From Balanoglossus misakiensis (lineage: Eukaryota > Animalia > Hemichordata): a stretch of 64,000 nucleotides of DNA. The DNA is taken from the NCBI GenBank assembly GCA_040954595.2, contig CM082592.2:8667677-8731676 (forward strand), written 5' to 3'. Positions within the stretch are counted from its first letter, which is position 1; each line of letters starts with the position of its first letter. Position numbers and translations under genes: made by a program. Below are positions 49,516 to 62,378 of this stretch, in pieces. The notes beneath the pieces are model-generated. The model saw only the letters and a program-made list of their open reading frames with translations. It made no database searches and was not told where the DNA came from.

Positions 49516-51416
49516 AGGCGAAATGGCGGCAGTCAATAAACATAATTTAAGTTTCCTTTCCGGTATATGGCAGATGGGCTTTCCTGAAGCTGAAAATTTT
49601 ACTAATACTGAAAGAGAATTTCAACTTTTTCGAAAACGTGCAATGTAAGATGTTTTAGAGTAATCTTGCTCCATATATTCTACATTAAAGACGACGAGGG
49701 CGTGTAAGAGTCAATTTGTAGCTGTGAGTGCATCTCTGAAGATTTCCGAAGAATGAATTCCTGTATGTTTTGTGGTATCAAAATGCCCTCATGGCAAAGT
49801 TACACGGGCCGTTATTTTCGTGGGCGGAAATAGAGAGCCCTGGTTCGCGAGAGTGTTTCTGATAACGAGGTTCGGGTATCGATCACTTATTAGAAATGAA
49901 TCGATACAACACGGCCGTTGATTGGCTGCGTCCGAGTCGGGCGGTGGTTGTCGAACAAGGTACATCCATGCGGATCCGAACTCTGCGCACATGCCCCGTG
50001 TTATCTATGCACGAGGGCGAGGGGTGGACTCAAAGCAAGACAAGGTAAGCCAAAAAAGACAAGAAACCTTGGAGGCAGTTTGAATCATGCAATTCGAGTG
50101 TAAATTTTATGCACGTGCGGTGGACATGTTAGGGCGTTCTCGGTATTTTTCCGAGGAGATATAACTGGGTGCGCCAAAACACGTCCGTGAAGATTTCAAA
50201 GGGATTCTTGACTACGAAATGGTCCCTGTTTGGCTGAATATAAAATGAAGTCAATGGCCCCTTTGAAGTCTTCAAGCATGTACAAATTGAACAGAAAAAA
50301 TTACATCGCTGCCTAATCTGACGGGGAATATCGACATAATCGCAGACTAAGTCTAATTGTCGTCCGAATTACAACTTGAATCCAGCCAGATGTCAGTGAT
50401 AGTAGCCACTAATTTTCTTTTCACATTACCTGAGCCAATCACCAGGCTTCTCTCAAATCATTAACACGTTCAAACTAAATTGGCCAATGAGGTGTCAATG
50501 CTCGCCGGTAAAGAAATTGCCCGGAGATTTGAGAGCCAACAGGTGGTTTATCAGCGAATCATGGGCGTGGTTATCAGCACCGCCAATACACAGACAGACA
50601 TATGGTGTAAACGGTACGTCAAAACGGTGTGTTCCGAACCTTTGCATACGTAAATTAAAATAAATTAATCAGTAAGCATCAACCACGCAAAATTTTAAAT
50701 GTAGCTGAAAATGCCACCAAACGATACAGCTTCTGTCCCCAAGTGATGAATGATAGGCAGCAAGGAATGACAATTGCGTAACTGACCCCACCCGGTGACA
50801 TCGAGTCTGTCACAGACTGTACAAAGTGATGACGAGTGAACACTGAACACTTGCGCTGAGATAAACGACGCTTTGTTGCCCGTATAGTCCACTAGTTTTA
50901 TCATTTTGACTTCGCAACACATCATGCATGCTAAATCCTCAACATCAGTAGCAGCGTATTATCAATTTTGCGGGAACATCTCGTGGTTTCTCGTCCAATT
51001 CATCAAGCACACATTAACACGTACATGTAGTGTTGTATAGATTTATTAACATTATACCAGGACCAATTGAAGATAATACAATTTATACTGCAAATTTATA
51101 ATACAGAACAGTTTATTAATTAGCAAAACATTGATTAGATCCATGTTTTTCAATTTTTGTTTGCAAGTGCTTCTAAAATGTGCTACAGCGGATTTGAATA
51201 TCAATTCATGAAAGTAAAAATAATTTGCAGTAAACGGTCGTTGTTAGGGCCATGCATAAAATCAAATGAATTGTTGACTTATAAACTAACGGCATTATAC
51301 CTTATACTGTGTTAGACACCCACGAATGACTACTTTCCATTGATAAGAGCAACCTATATAACTGAGCCATATTTCCTTAGGTGTAAATAGCCGACCGACA
51401 TCGGGTGATCTCGGAT

Positions 51417-54400
51417 TTAATTAGTTTTTTGCACCACGCGCTCATTCAGTGGCTGAGTTGGGCGGAAGTTGTCGACCAAGGGGTGACCCTCGCTGGTCAG
51501 AAGGGAACGGAATGCGTCAATCTGAAAGTGAATGCAAAGCAGATCCCGGTTAAGGCTTTTATCCAGACGTTTTCTCACGTTGCATGGCAAGAGAATGTTG
51601 ATTCGCAAAGCGTAACATTACGCGGCCATAGATCACGTGGCAAGAGACCAGCACCAAATGAAGTGCATTATGGGTAAAAAGTCGACAATTGTCATTCGCC
51701 ATTGTGGAAACCCGCCATCTTGAAATCCTGTTTCATGGTCGGCTTCATTGAGATCATGAGATTCACTCACTCCTGTGGCAAATATTATTTTAAGATATTA
51801 TATTATATATATTATATTATACATTATATATATTTTTTGCAGTACCTGGCTCTGTGAGATCTTCACCGGATTGAGCATCACGGTCCAAACAACAGTCTCC
51901 AGACAGGACGGGGTGGTCAAAGAACCTCGGTAGCGGGCGAAGTCGGACAGGTCATCGGGCAGCAGAGACCTCACGGAAATCTGTTTCAAGTTGGACTCGT
52001 CTTCTAAAGAGGTACGTAAGTAAAAAAATATTTAGATTCGGGATAAGGAGAGAGACTTTCGTCTCCGACAAAGAGAAAATAACCTAAAGCTGGTGATGAT
52101 ACTGGAGGTTTTATATACATGTAGTGTCCATAATCTGATCAGTTATTACCTGGGTTGGTGACTTTTGACAGTGCATCAACTATAGGGGCATAAGCAGAAT
52201 TGTCTTGGTCGCCAGTCTAGAAAACAAAACAACAATGAAACAACGTCATCATGTATTATCATGTTCATTCAAAAAACAAACAGTCCTACTACACAAGACG
52301 CTTACTGAGTTATTGACCAGCAACGTAAACGATGTTGCATTGTGGGATCTTCTTGAGGCGGTCTCACCCATGCCACACTCGCCTACCACGGCTTTCCTTC
52401 CTTATTAGTATCGATCGGTATTTCTGATCGCAGCCATCATCTACAAATGTCGACACAAATTTTAGCCGAGTTGGCTTATGCACTTACATCAACAGTGATC
52501 AGGGCTCCTATGACAGCGACGCCGTCCACTTGCGTCTTTGCTTCGTTGAAATCAGCATACTTCATATCGTAGAGGACGAAGTGGTTCTGGAATAAACGTG
52601 CACATAAATCTAAATATTAAATTTGGAAGCGATCGTTAAAATCACGAACTGTGTTAAAGGTTGCGTCTCTGTGATTTTGAATTTGATTTCTGAAAGATTC
52701 TCTTTTCCACCTCACCTCGGCTGCATACTGTACGCCATCAACGGTGTGTTCCGACCCTTGAGAATTGGCACTTCCCCAGTGCCAGTGGAATTGCACCAAT
52801 TTGTACTTCTCCCCCGGCAGTCCGGCGCCACAAAATTCGTTCTTTCCTCCTGTGATGTCCACTTGCACTGGAAACAAGAAGTTCGTACAGTTACCATGGA
52901 AAGGCGCTTTCCTCGAGCTGACACCTTGCGCCTTGTCTTTTCTGCTGTTGTGGTAACGAAAGACTAGGTATCCTTCAAGAATTTATGAAAAATTGACCTA
53001 TACAATTTTGGTCCGTGGTTTTCAAACTTACCGCTGTGACCATTGTTGTGGATATTGAAACGGCCACCGTGCAAAGTGTACGAAAGCCGATCAAAATCTT
53101 CGGGTGAAGCAGTTGCAAGGTCGATGTTGATTGGTGACTGGCTCTGGCCCCCGCATGTGGGATCAATGGAGGCCCAATGGTCAGGCCCTGCGCAAATGAA
53201 GTTGTAATCGAGAGAGAACGAATAATAACAACTTGAAGGTTGACAACATCAAAGTAATGCCCGGGCACGTAAAAAACACAGTAGTCCGTCTGCCTGTCAC
53301 CGTCTCCTCATTCTAACTTCCTCTTAGAAACGCCAAAATAAAACACAACGCCGTCCTTTTATCAAATAAACTCAAAGTACGTAAGAAATCACGAGTTTCT
53401 TGGAAGAAACAAAGATACCAAGAAAGTAAAAACTGGAGAAGGCAATTCATTTTAACTGAAGGCGAAAATTGTCACTCAAATTGACATTAGTGAGAGGCCA
53501 TTCTTACCTGTTTCACCTCCATAGGACCAATGTCCATGACCAGATCTGCGAACCACGCCTATTTGTAAAAGTAAGAAATGGTCGTTTAGCAAGAAAATGG
53601 AAGACAATCATGTTGCGAGTTTTCAGTCGAGATCACTACATGTACTGACTGTCCCTGCAATGGTGACTGTTCCTTGGCCTGCAAAATGATCAACTCTAGT
53701 TTAACAAAGGCATCATATGTTTTCATATGTATGTACCATGTCTTGCAAAATATTCAGCTCGACCAGTAACTTGTATCAGTACGACGGCCTTTCCAATCTA
53801 AAATTAACCATTTGTTGCGCCTGATCACGTGTAAGTGACGGTACGACTGCCGGCAAGAAACATCGTTTTCGACCACTAACTTTATGTCTTGCCATATGGT
53901 CTGTTAGGTGCTATAGATACATGTATGTGTAAATAAGTGAGTGTACCCAGCACTAAAACATTGTTTGAAAGATAGAAGTCTTGCCAGATGACGATCTAAA
54001 ATTATATGCCATTAAAAGTAGACAGGGCACATGCGCAGCTGTCTTGGCAGTTGACAACGTACATGTAGTAGTAAATCTTTGTCATCTAAGACCAAAAAAA
54101 CTACAGAATAACTGAGGTATTGAATGCGCATTGAACCTATCGTTTATTAGTAATGCTTCGTAAACACTTTTTTTCTCGTTATTAGAGCTTCAATTTTATA
54201 TAACTCATGGGGAGGTACAGCTGTGCGCGTCCACCCCGGCCTTTTGACTGTTGCAGAGGCGTTGCTGTTATGCGCATCGTCAGCGGGTGATACCAATGCC
54301 ACATATGTCGTTAAAAGTTATTGGCATTGTTTTGTTTTAATCCTTCAATTGTTATCCAGGGGACAGAAAAACGCAGGCTATTCCAGAATTGCCTAAAATT

Positions 54401-55256
54401 TCGTAGTAGCGAAAAAACATGTTACAGTCGGACACTGAATTGTTTCCGGAATTTATCCCCCCTCTTCGACAAAAATTAAACTTTAAATCTCTTGATAATT
54501 ATATTGATCAGCACTCTTTTAAAGACGTTAAAATAATTTCAAGCAGAGAGACAGTGACGAAAATTTTATAGAATTTCGGGGATTGTTATTAACATCAATG
54601 TCACCCGTGACATTATAATACGTGGTGATTCCATAATGTGCCTATTAACAGTTGTCGCTAGATCGAAATTTTATGGGTGATAACTAACGTAAGTAGAATC
54701 ATTATGTTAATATCGCTTTGAAAAAACGTCATTAAATGTTGCATCGTTTTGTGCTTCAAGCATCACAAGTGTTTATAGACAACATTTCTGCCTGATGCGT
54801 TTTGTTCGCGCTAAAGTCTGTTCAGAAACCTTGCAATTAATTTTGCTGTCTGTGGTTCAATAAATGATTACCTGCGAGAGCAATTGTTTGTATTACGATT
54901 TTGATGGATCTTTTGTCGAGTTGTGTTCTAATATTCGCATTCAAATGAAACGCGATTTGAAATCATCGATACAGGGGATATCATGTTGAATACAACGCAA
55001 AAAACAACAAAAAAAAAACATATTTTCGATATCCCTTATCAGTCATTATATGTGAGGGTGGCGGGGGAGGGATTCGACAGTACAGTTCCGTGCCTTAAAA
55101 AAATATCAAACTCAAATGTCAGTTATAAGGCAACTTGACACAGATTTTTTTTCAATCGCGAATTTTGAAAAGTTATAAGTACTTACTCCTGGCATGTACC
55201 TGAAGTACACCAACAAGGACAAAAACCAAAACCGTCGAATGCAGTGAAGACGCCAT
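51417..55256 (-). CDS. Alpha-carbonic anhydrase C, secreted. Exons 55256-55187, 53558-53508, 53187-53032, 52867-52716, 52586-52488, 52216-52150, 52003-51846, 51521-51417
   Basis: [22 protein letters not shown] signal, [72 protein letters not shown]; same intron phases as CA-A and CA-B. Confidence 0.93.
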
Positions 55257-55611
55257 TGCTGGGTGTGTTGGGGAGCTTCGGTGTTCACGACGCAGCCCTG
55301 TCAAACTGTGGCGCTTATTAGGAGCTCCAGCTACTAAAATAACCACAGAATGTACGAGGGGTCCCACGCCTATATTTTCTGACAAATTGAATTTCCTGTC
55401 ATAGACCAGACCATTTTAGTCGATCTCGGACAACTTACTGGTCTATGTGCTATTAAATTTCTCCACCCATATGTGCAATGCATCAAAAATCATCGTAAAC
55501 ACAAAACATGTTGGAATCATTGTCTAAGAATCTATTGTGTTAAATAATGTACCTCCATTATCGTGAATTGGCACTTAAAATTTCAAAAATAGTAGTATTA
55601 AATGCTTTAGG

Positions 55612-55690
55612 GGCGTGAATTTGGCGAAGTTAAGTGGTTATTATCTGAGTGGTGTGGTAGGTCTGGGTTCGAATCCTTTAAAACTCAAGT
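55612..55690 (+). mobile_element. Possible tRNA-derived SINE head remnant
   Basis: Consensus B-box GGTTCGAATCC at 55666-55676 with a weak A-box upstream; no cloverleaf seen. Confidence 0.25.
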
Positions 55691-57551
55691 CGAATTTCTC
55701 GAATAATCTGCCGAAAGATTCGTTTATGGGACTTTTGTTTGCAGATGACGTGTTTGAAATCCCTAAATTAATTACTAGTATGCATCGTGCAGGGTTCTAC
55801 AATTATGTTTTTGCCCTTAAAAGGATTCATAGGACACAGCTGACGTTTTTGTTTCTGAATAAACAGTTCTGTGCACAGACAAAGGTATATTGTTTTTATA
55901 TATAGAAATGCTCTCGTCCACAAAAATATGGGTCTTTAACCATTTGTGATGTCAAAAGGTTTATTGTCTTTCTATCGATGTGTATAGCTTATTCAAACCA
56001 CATCTGCAATCTGGTAAATGCATATAGGTAAATTGTGGATTGTCGGGATAACAAATAAGTTATCGCTCTTCCTGTGTTTCCAGCTCTCGTTTCTTCGTCA
56101 AAAATGTTGTATTCACTTGATCACCATTCAAGGGACCCTTGTAAGTTGAAAAGTAAAATGCGAAAGATGGCAGCTGTTGGTGTTCTTCAAACCTCTGCCC
56201 GGGAATATCCAATATGTCGCATGACATGGATGCTGACAAGACCAAATATGCTAATAATGATAATTTCCGACCGGTAGTCAGGAGTGACGTTTGGATTCAT
56301 GCCAATGAAAACTTTGCTGGCTGCTAAAATTGGGGGGGAAGTGTGCCATTTAAACATACAACTATAAAAATAAAACTACTGGTTGATACCCGTATCTACG
56401 CTTTTCTGTAATAGAATTTACCAGCCAGCTATATATTACAAGACACATATGGCCATCTGGGTCGGATGTGCAAAGTGATCATTGATACAGTTGTGCTGTT
56501 ATCGATGCATGGGCCTTTAACCAGTTCACTCCATAAACATATAAACGTGTATGTTGATAAATGGTCAAAATCCTGTGGTATACCATTACCTAGGGGGTGG
56601 TTTAATGTATTGCTTAAACATCATCCACAAGCAAAATCAGAAGTATGCTTTGATTCTTGTTTATTATGAAATTAGGTTCACTTGTAAAAAATGTACATGT
56701 ACACAGAGATTGGCAATCGCAACAAAAACCCACTACTGTGCATGAGTTTCTGTTATTTTTTCAAAGGGATATGGTTTTTGCTATAAATAAGTGCTACTGT
56801 ATACAAGTTTTATTCATATACTACAAAGGGAAATTAATAATTATCAATCATATTTTCATGCTTTGTTCAGTACGTAGTATGTGCAGTCAGTAAAAACTAA
56901 ATAAATCATTCATTTGTGTCAAAAAGAACAATTATGTTCTTGGTATGTACATTGGTAATGTTTCTAAAAGTTTGGATATAAAAAACAACCATTCGTAAAC
57001 ATGTTTCCTTTATATAAGTACAGTATTATGACAAAACTGCCCTCTAGTTGCATAATATACATGTATGTTTTGTGAATTCCCATATCTTCTGAATTGTTAC
57101 ATTATGTACATCTCTTCCCAAACCAAATAAATCCCATTATAAATTAAAAACCAAGTTAGAATGTCTATTCCAGAAAAAAAATTGACATCGGTTAATCACT
57201 TTTGGCATAACTTGAACTCAGATACTCTTTGTACAATAGACCAAAAAAAGACAGAAAAAAATGACAATATCTCTTTCCGTGACATTTTACAAGACCTTTT
57301 AATGTAATTGTTAACATTAAAGATCAGCTCTTCTGTACATGTTGAGTTGCTATCAATCTAACACATTTCATTTTGTAGATAAAAGTATTCATCAAATCAT
57401 TGGCATATGTACAGCATAAAAAATCAGCTCCACACTGGTTACAGACTCTTGCTAGCAGATAACAGCTTCCATACTCCCAGCTCCCTTCCAAGAATCCAGG
57501 ACGGAAATTTTGATTCAGATGGAATGTTCGATTTGTCTGGTGACGCAAGGT

Positions 57552-58635
57552 CTAGTGCATTTTCAGTTCAAAGCATATGCAGTTGATGGTCTCGCATTCT
57601 GGCATAGTACAGTTACAGGCACAGTCGCATGCACCACACTGGAAAAAAAATAGTGAAGAGATTCAGTGGTATGAGAGTGTTCATGGCTGTAAATGGCATG
57701 TTGTTCTGCTTATATTCTACAGATAAATCAACACACAGTTATGCTATGCAGAACATATTGTATAGTGTCTATCAGCAGTCAAGGTGATAGTGTGTGTGAT
57801 CCTGAGTGTTTATGTATGCATTACAGCAAACAGCATACTTACATCACAGATTGGGTCATTTCCACAGCACTGGTTGTTCTGACAAGACTCACACCTCATG
57901 CACTTGTTCATTGAGCATCTCTGAAAGATAAAACACATGTATCAGGTTTTCTCGCTCACTTATGGAGACTACGACCTAGCCACAGTTTTGGGTTCTCAGA
58001 CAATCTTTACTCATTGGATTTCATGATTGACGGGTCCTTACTTGATCTGGTGGGCCACACACGGAGTCAAGGCACGACCTGAAGTTGGGATAGGCACAGC
58101 AATTGCACGCCTCAGCTGTGGTCACCCAACAGTCACAACACTGCTGACTGCCATCCTCTTTCCCACACGGTGCACACTCTCCACAGAAGCCTTGTGCCTA
58201 CAAACAGGAAAATAAAGACAGAATAGAACAAAGCTATCCCAATATTTCTTTATATATAGTGAAATTGAGTGACCTATGGTCCTTGGAGACGCCCTCCTGT
58301 CTGAGTTGCATTGGTCAAGTAAATGGATGTAAAATGTACAAGCACAACTACTGATATCTGTATTTCACTTACAAGTAAGCACTGCCTGATCATAAGTATC
58401 AAGAAAACCAACACTAAGTATGCTCCAATAGCAATCACTATGATTGCAGATGTAGGCAACACTTGTTCTGATGTTGTTGTGACTGGAGTTTGCTGAAATA
58501 TAAAAAGAAATATGACACTGTCATGAATCTTGACTAACATGGACTTGTGTTATTGTTGATGTCAGCCGAATAGAGAAGTTTGATGTTGAATCATGTATTT
58601 AGTAGCTACTAAATGCTCACTCCTGAATCTGCCAT
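57552..58635 (-). CDS. Uncharacterised 151-aa single-pass membrane protein with Cys-rich tail. Exons 58635-58621, 58492-58373, 58197-58042, 57920-57843, 57638-57552
   Basis: Five phase-0 GT-AG exons give MADSGQTPVTTTSEQVLPTSAIIVIAIGAYLVLVFLILMIRQCLLAQGFCGECAPCGKEDGSQQCCDCWVTTAEACNCCAYPNFRSCLDSVCGPPDQRCSMNKCMRCESCQNNQCCGNDPICDCGACDCACNCTMPECETINCICFELKMH*. Confidence 0.8.
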
Positions 58636-59094
58636 ATTTTGTTTTGTTTCGATTAAGTAGCCTCGCTTAAGTCAGTAGCCGGTAGCCGATTTCCACTGGC
58701 CTATATCACAGACGATGCACACTAGAGTTTGTTATTGTCCATGGGGGCCGCCATCTTGGATGACAACAAACGCACTGCAGTAGAGTTCTTTTAGGTTTCC
58801 TGGATAAGTTACACAGTATATGAAAACAAAGTTGTTGCTTTCGACTGTAAGGTGTTTCCCAACTGTCACTGAGGCATGAAATATAAGGTTGAGAGACACT
58901 GCAGGGAATATCAGCCGATGTTCATCGTTCACGGAGTACGTGCAAAGGATCGCTTTGAAAAATGTAGACTGTCAGGTTTCTCCAGTCTGATTGGACAATG
59001 CAGTCATGTGACCAGGAGTTGCGTCTGTGGTTACGAGGAAGTTAGAACAATTTGAAACCGAATCCGAGGCCAAAGCTTTCTCCGACTTGACAAA
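58636..59094. promoter_or_regulatory. Probable bidirectional promoter between the Cys-rich gene and RPAIN
   Basis: ~460 bp between divergent ATGs; YY1-like gccgccatctt 58747-58757, reverse CCAAT ~58989, E-box-like gtcatgtgac 59003-59012. Confidence 0.6.
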
Positions 59095-61197
59095 ATGGCA
59101 TCTCCCAGGTCACCCACAGGAGACAGACTTTCAAGACACAAAACTCTCTACAAAGGGAGAACCCCGCCTTGGAAGGACACATACAGAAGGGTGAGGGGAA
59201 AGTTTAAGTTATTGGAAGCTGTTTTACTGCTGTAGAGATTTAATCACGACTGCCTTTCTCACGGTCTGACACATCAGGGTTGGCAACCCAAATGCACCAT
59301 GTGAATGAATGAATGATACATGCATGTGTGTGCATGTGAATAGGGGAGATTCGCAGCTATACTTGTACACAGCAACTGCACCTGACAGACTCACTTGAGT
59401 GCTTGGGAGTATGGCAAACGTCTGTGTAATTGGAGGCACATTGTCCAGTGTCAGAGCTTTACTACCCGCAGGTAGAACATGATTATTAGTTGCCGTAAAG
59501 AGGCCCGTGGTTTACGACGATATTGGGGGCAAGGACGATAACAACATACAGCCCCCCCCCCCCCCCACACAAACAGCTCGCAGATTCGCTGGCCAGTTGC
59601 AGTTGCAGGGCTGCAACCCACACTGTATATGATGTGGCAAATCTGCACACTGTAATGTAATCGTTTATCACCATGCGGAATATTTTTGGTTCTTTCAGAG
59701 ATGTTTTGACAGGCTGCGGATGAAAAGAGGAAGTCTTGTTGACCAGCTGCGGAGAATAGAGCCTTCATGTGAAAAACAAAGCTCAGAGGGAGTTTCCTGT
59801 GTCAGTGATGTCATGGAAGAAGAATGGAAAATCTTACAAGGAGAGCACAATTTACCATCGATGCGGGACAGTCGTCAAAGTAGTTTACCAGATGTAAGTT
59901 TGGCAACTGATCATGGTTACTAGTAGTTCACGGTCCATATTTGATCTATTTAATATCTATTTGATTTTTCTTTATATTTCAGGTGACAGTGAGAACAGAT
60001 GATTTTGATGAAATATTGTCCATCATGGAAGAAATTAAATCAGAACTACTGAAAGAAGGTATGGTGTGATTTGTAATCAAATGAAACTATGCAGCTTTGA
60101 GCCTGACAAAAAGTTTAAATTTAAATATCGGAAAATTAAGTCTCACTTTCTGGTACATTGCAAGAATCAGAGGCAGCATCAATGTGATGTTAAGATGATA
60201 ACCTGCATAAACGTGTACCAAATTTGACCATAGATTGTGCCCAGGGCATTTCTATAGAGGCTGATTGAAATTCAGACACCTTGTGTTGTATTTCCAGAGC
60301 AAGACATTTTGGCACAGTACGACTCCAGTGTCAAGTTCGATGAAGCCTCACTGTGCGCGGCCGTTGAAAAACTCAATACAGATGAACTTGTGTGCCCTGT
60401 GTGCAGAAGGTCAGTCAGGCTGCCATTGTATTGAGAACCTTGTATTTTTGGTGTGATTTACAGTTGGGAAAGTCATTGAAAGTCCAGGAAAAGTTAATAG
60501 AAACCCTGGAAGATTGTTAGGCACTTGTGTCAGCGATTTTTGAAATGATGTGTGCCATATCTTTTTTTCACAGAAACCCTCTGCTGCAGAATAAAACGGT
60601 TGTGTTTTGTGCCTGTGGATTGAGGATTGACACAGAGGTAAGGTTATAAACAAATTTACACCAATGTTGGATATTTGGTGACCAAGTGATTCCGTGAGCA
60701 TCACCTCCACTTTCCTCAAAGGATTAATGTCCATTTTGACATTTGTCATTTCTGTGTTTGCGTTTCCATACAGCAAGACTGTTTGACACTATCCCATATC
60801 AAAGTGCAGTTGGCAGAAGCAGTAAGACAGCACAGCAGCTCTTGTACAGGCGAGGCTATCTTCGCTGAGGTGGACCAGTTTGGCGTCAAAAATCTCCTCA
60901 TGTCTTGTAAGGTGAGACATTGACTGAACTCTGGGTGTTGCGTAGTGTATATTATATTCATTTTGATTGTAGTCAGATATGGTGACTTGTATTACCCCTT
61001 ATTCATATAATTTGCCGTTTTACTTTTCATCAAATCACAGATTTGACTTGATACTTCTGAAGCCTTATAACATAGTGTAAGCAACCATGTCTGCCCTTTC
61101 ACATATTTGAACTGAACACCAAATATTGTTGATCGCATAGAACACTTACATATCCATTTTCTTGCAGTTATGCGATCACCTGTACATAATCCTGTGA
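59095..61197 (+). CDS. RPAIN: RPA-interacting protein. Exons 59095-59190, 59699-59893, 59983-60058, 60298-60409, 60574-60637, 60774-60911, 61168-61197
   Basis: HKTLYKGRTPPWKDTYRRRCFDRLR N-terminus, acidic middle, C-terminal Zn-finger CPVC...CACGL...H...C...LMSCKLCDHLYIIL*. Confidence 0.92.
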
Positions 61198-62378
61198 TGT
61201 TAAGTGAAACGATGGACTATCTACGCGGTTGTGTTTCGAGTGAATGGTTGGAACCTCTCTGTTGGTGAGAAGAGCACACCAGAGGGGTTTGTGTGTTTGT
61301 GATGAAGAAACAAAAGGATCTTTGTGGACACGTGTCAAGGTAATTGCCAAAAATCGGCAGCACTTAGGCAGGAATTGGAATGTCCACTAGGTTCAGCATT
61401 GACAGGAGTCAGAGAAGGTAATCATGTACAGGATAGAACTATGCTATGAAATATTGAGACATGATGCAAGGATATACAAGTGCAATGACTAAGGCCATAG
61501 TTTACCAGGATTATCGATGAATTTATGTAAAGTATTTATAGTTTGTGTTCTCCAGCAAGACAACTTTTTTGTGTGTTATTTTGTAAATTTCTTTGTCCAG
61601 TTTGATATCTAAATAAAATTTTATAATCTACTATTGATCATGTTTTTCTTGTATATTCCAAATGTTTATGTGGAAAGGTGTGTTTTGAAGGTGGGACAAG
61701 ATACCTACAGTTAAAGGGATGTAGGATTCAAGTGTTTGCATCTGGGGAAGAGGGGTGGCCAGAAAAACTTCACACACGGAGCTTTCTTGTTAAAAATTTA
61801 TTGTACGACTTTGTACATAAGTTATTAATATTACAAAGAGTTCTTGGAAAATCATTACGCTGAAACGTTTAGTGTGGGCATCCACTGGGGATTTCTTCAG
61901 TCCTGGCGTCACTGATTCACTCAATCTTGAGCAAAAAACTTATCTGAATAAATGTCACGGGAATTTCATCTGTGACCAATGGAAGTGAGTGGTGGCTCGA
62001 ATAAATAAAAAATGTCAATAGATGGCCAACAATATCTCATCACTTCAAATTTCAGGAACTTCTTGGCTCCCGCTTGTTTTCTTCTTCTCTGAAGAAATGC
62101 AGGTCACTTGGTGATTGGTGGATTGACTCGGTTTCAAATGCCTCGACCACTCAGCGTTCACTTTTGCCTTGTTAGACAAGTCAGAGATACAGAGTTTCGC
62201 AAGCAGTCAGCGTTCACCATTGAGGAGATGGATATATCATCTGTTACATTAAAGATGATGGCTCCTTGTTCAAGTCAACCGATCTCTCAGTGATAGAACA
62301 GCTGGCGTGATTGGTCAGAAAACGGCCACAGCCAAGCCTTGAATGTTTTTCAGCCAGTCAAGACCAACTTTCCCAGAG

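Noticed and set aside
52967-52977. GTATCCTT, resembling a U12-type donor
   Set aside because: On the plus strand within an intron of a minus-strand gene, with no matching exon
55612-55690. tRNA gene
   Set aside because: B-box only; no acceptor or anticodon stems could be formed
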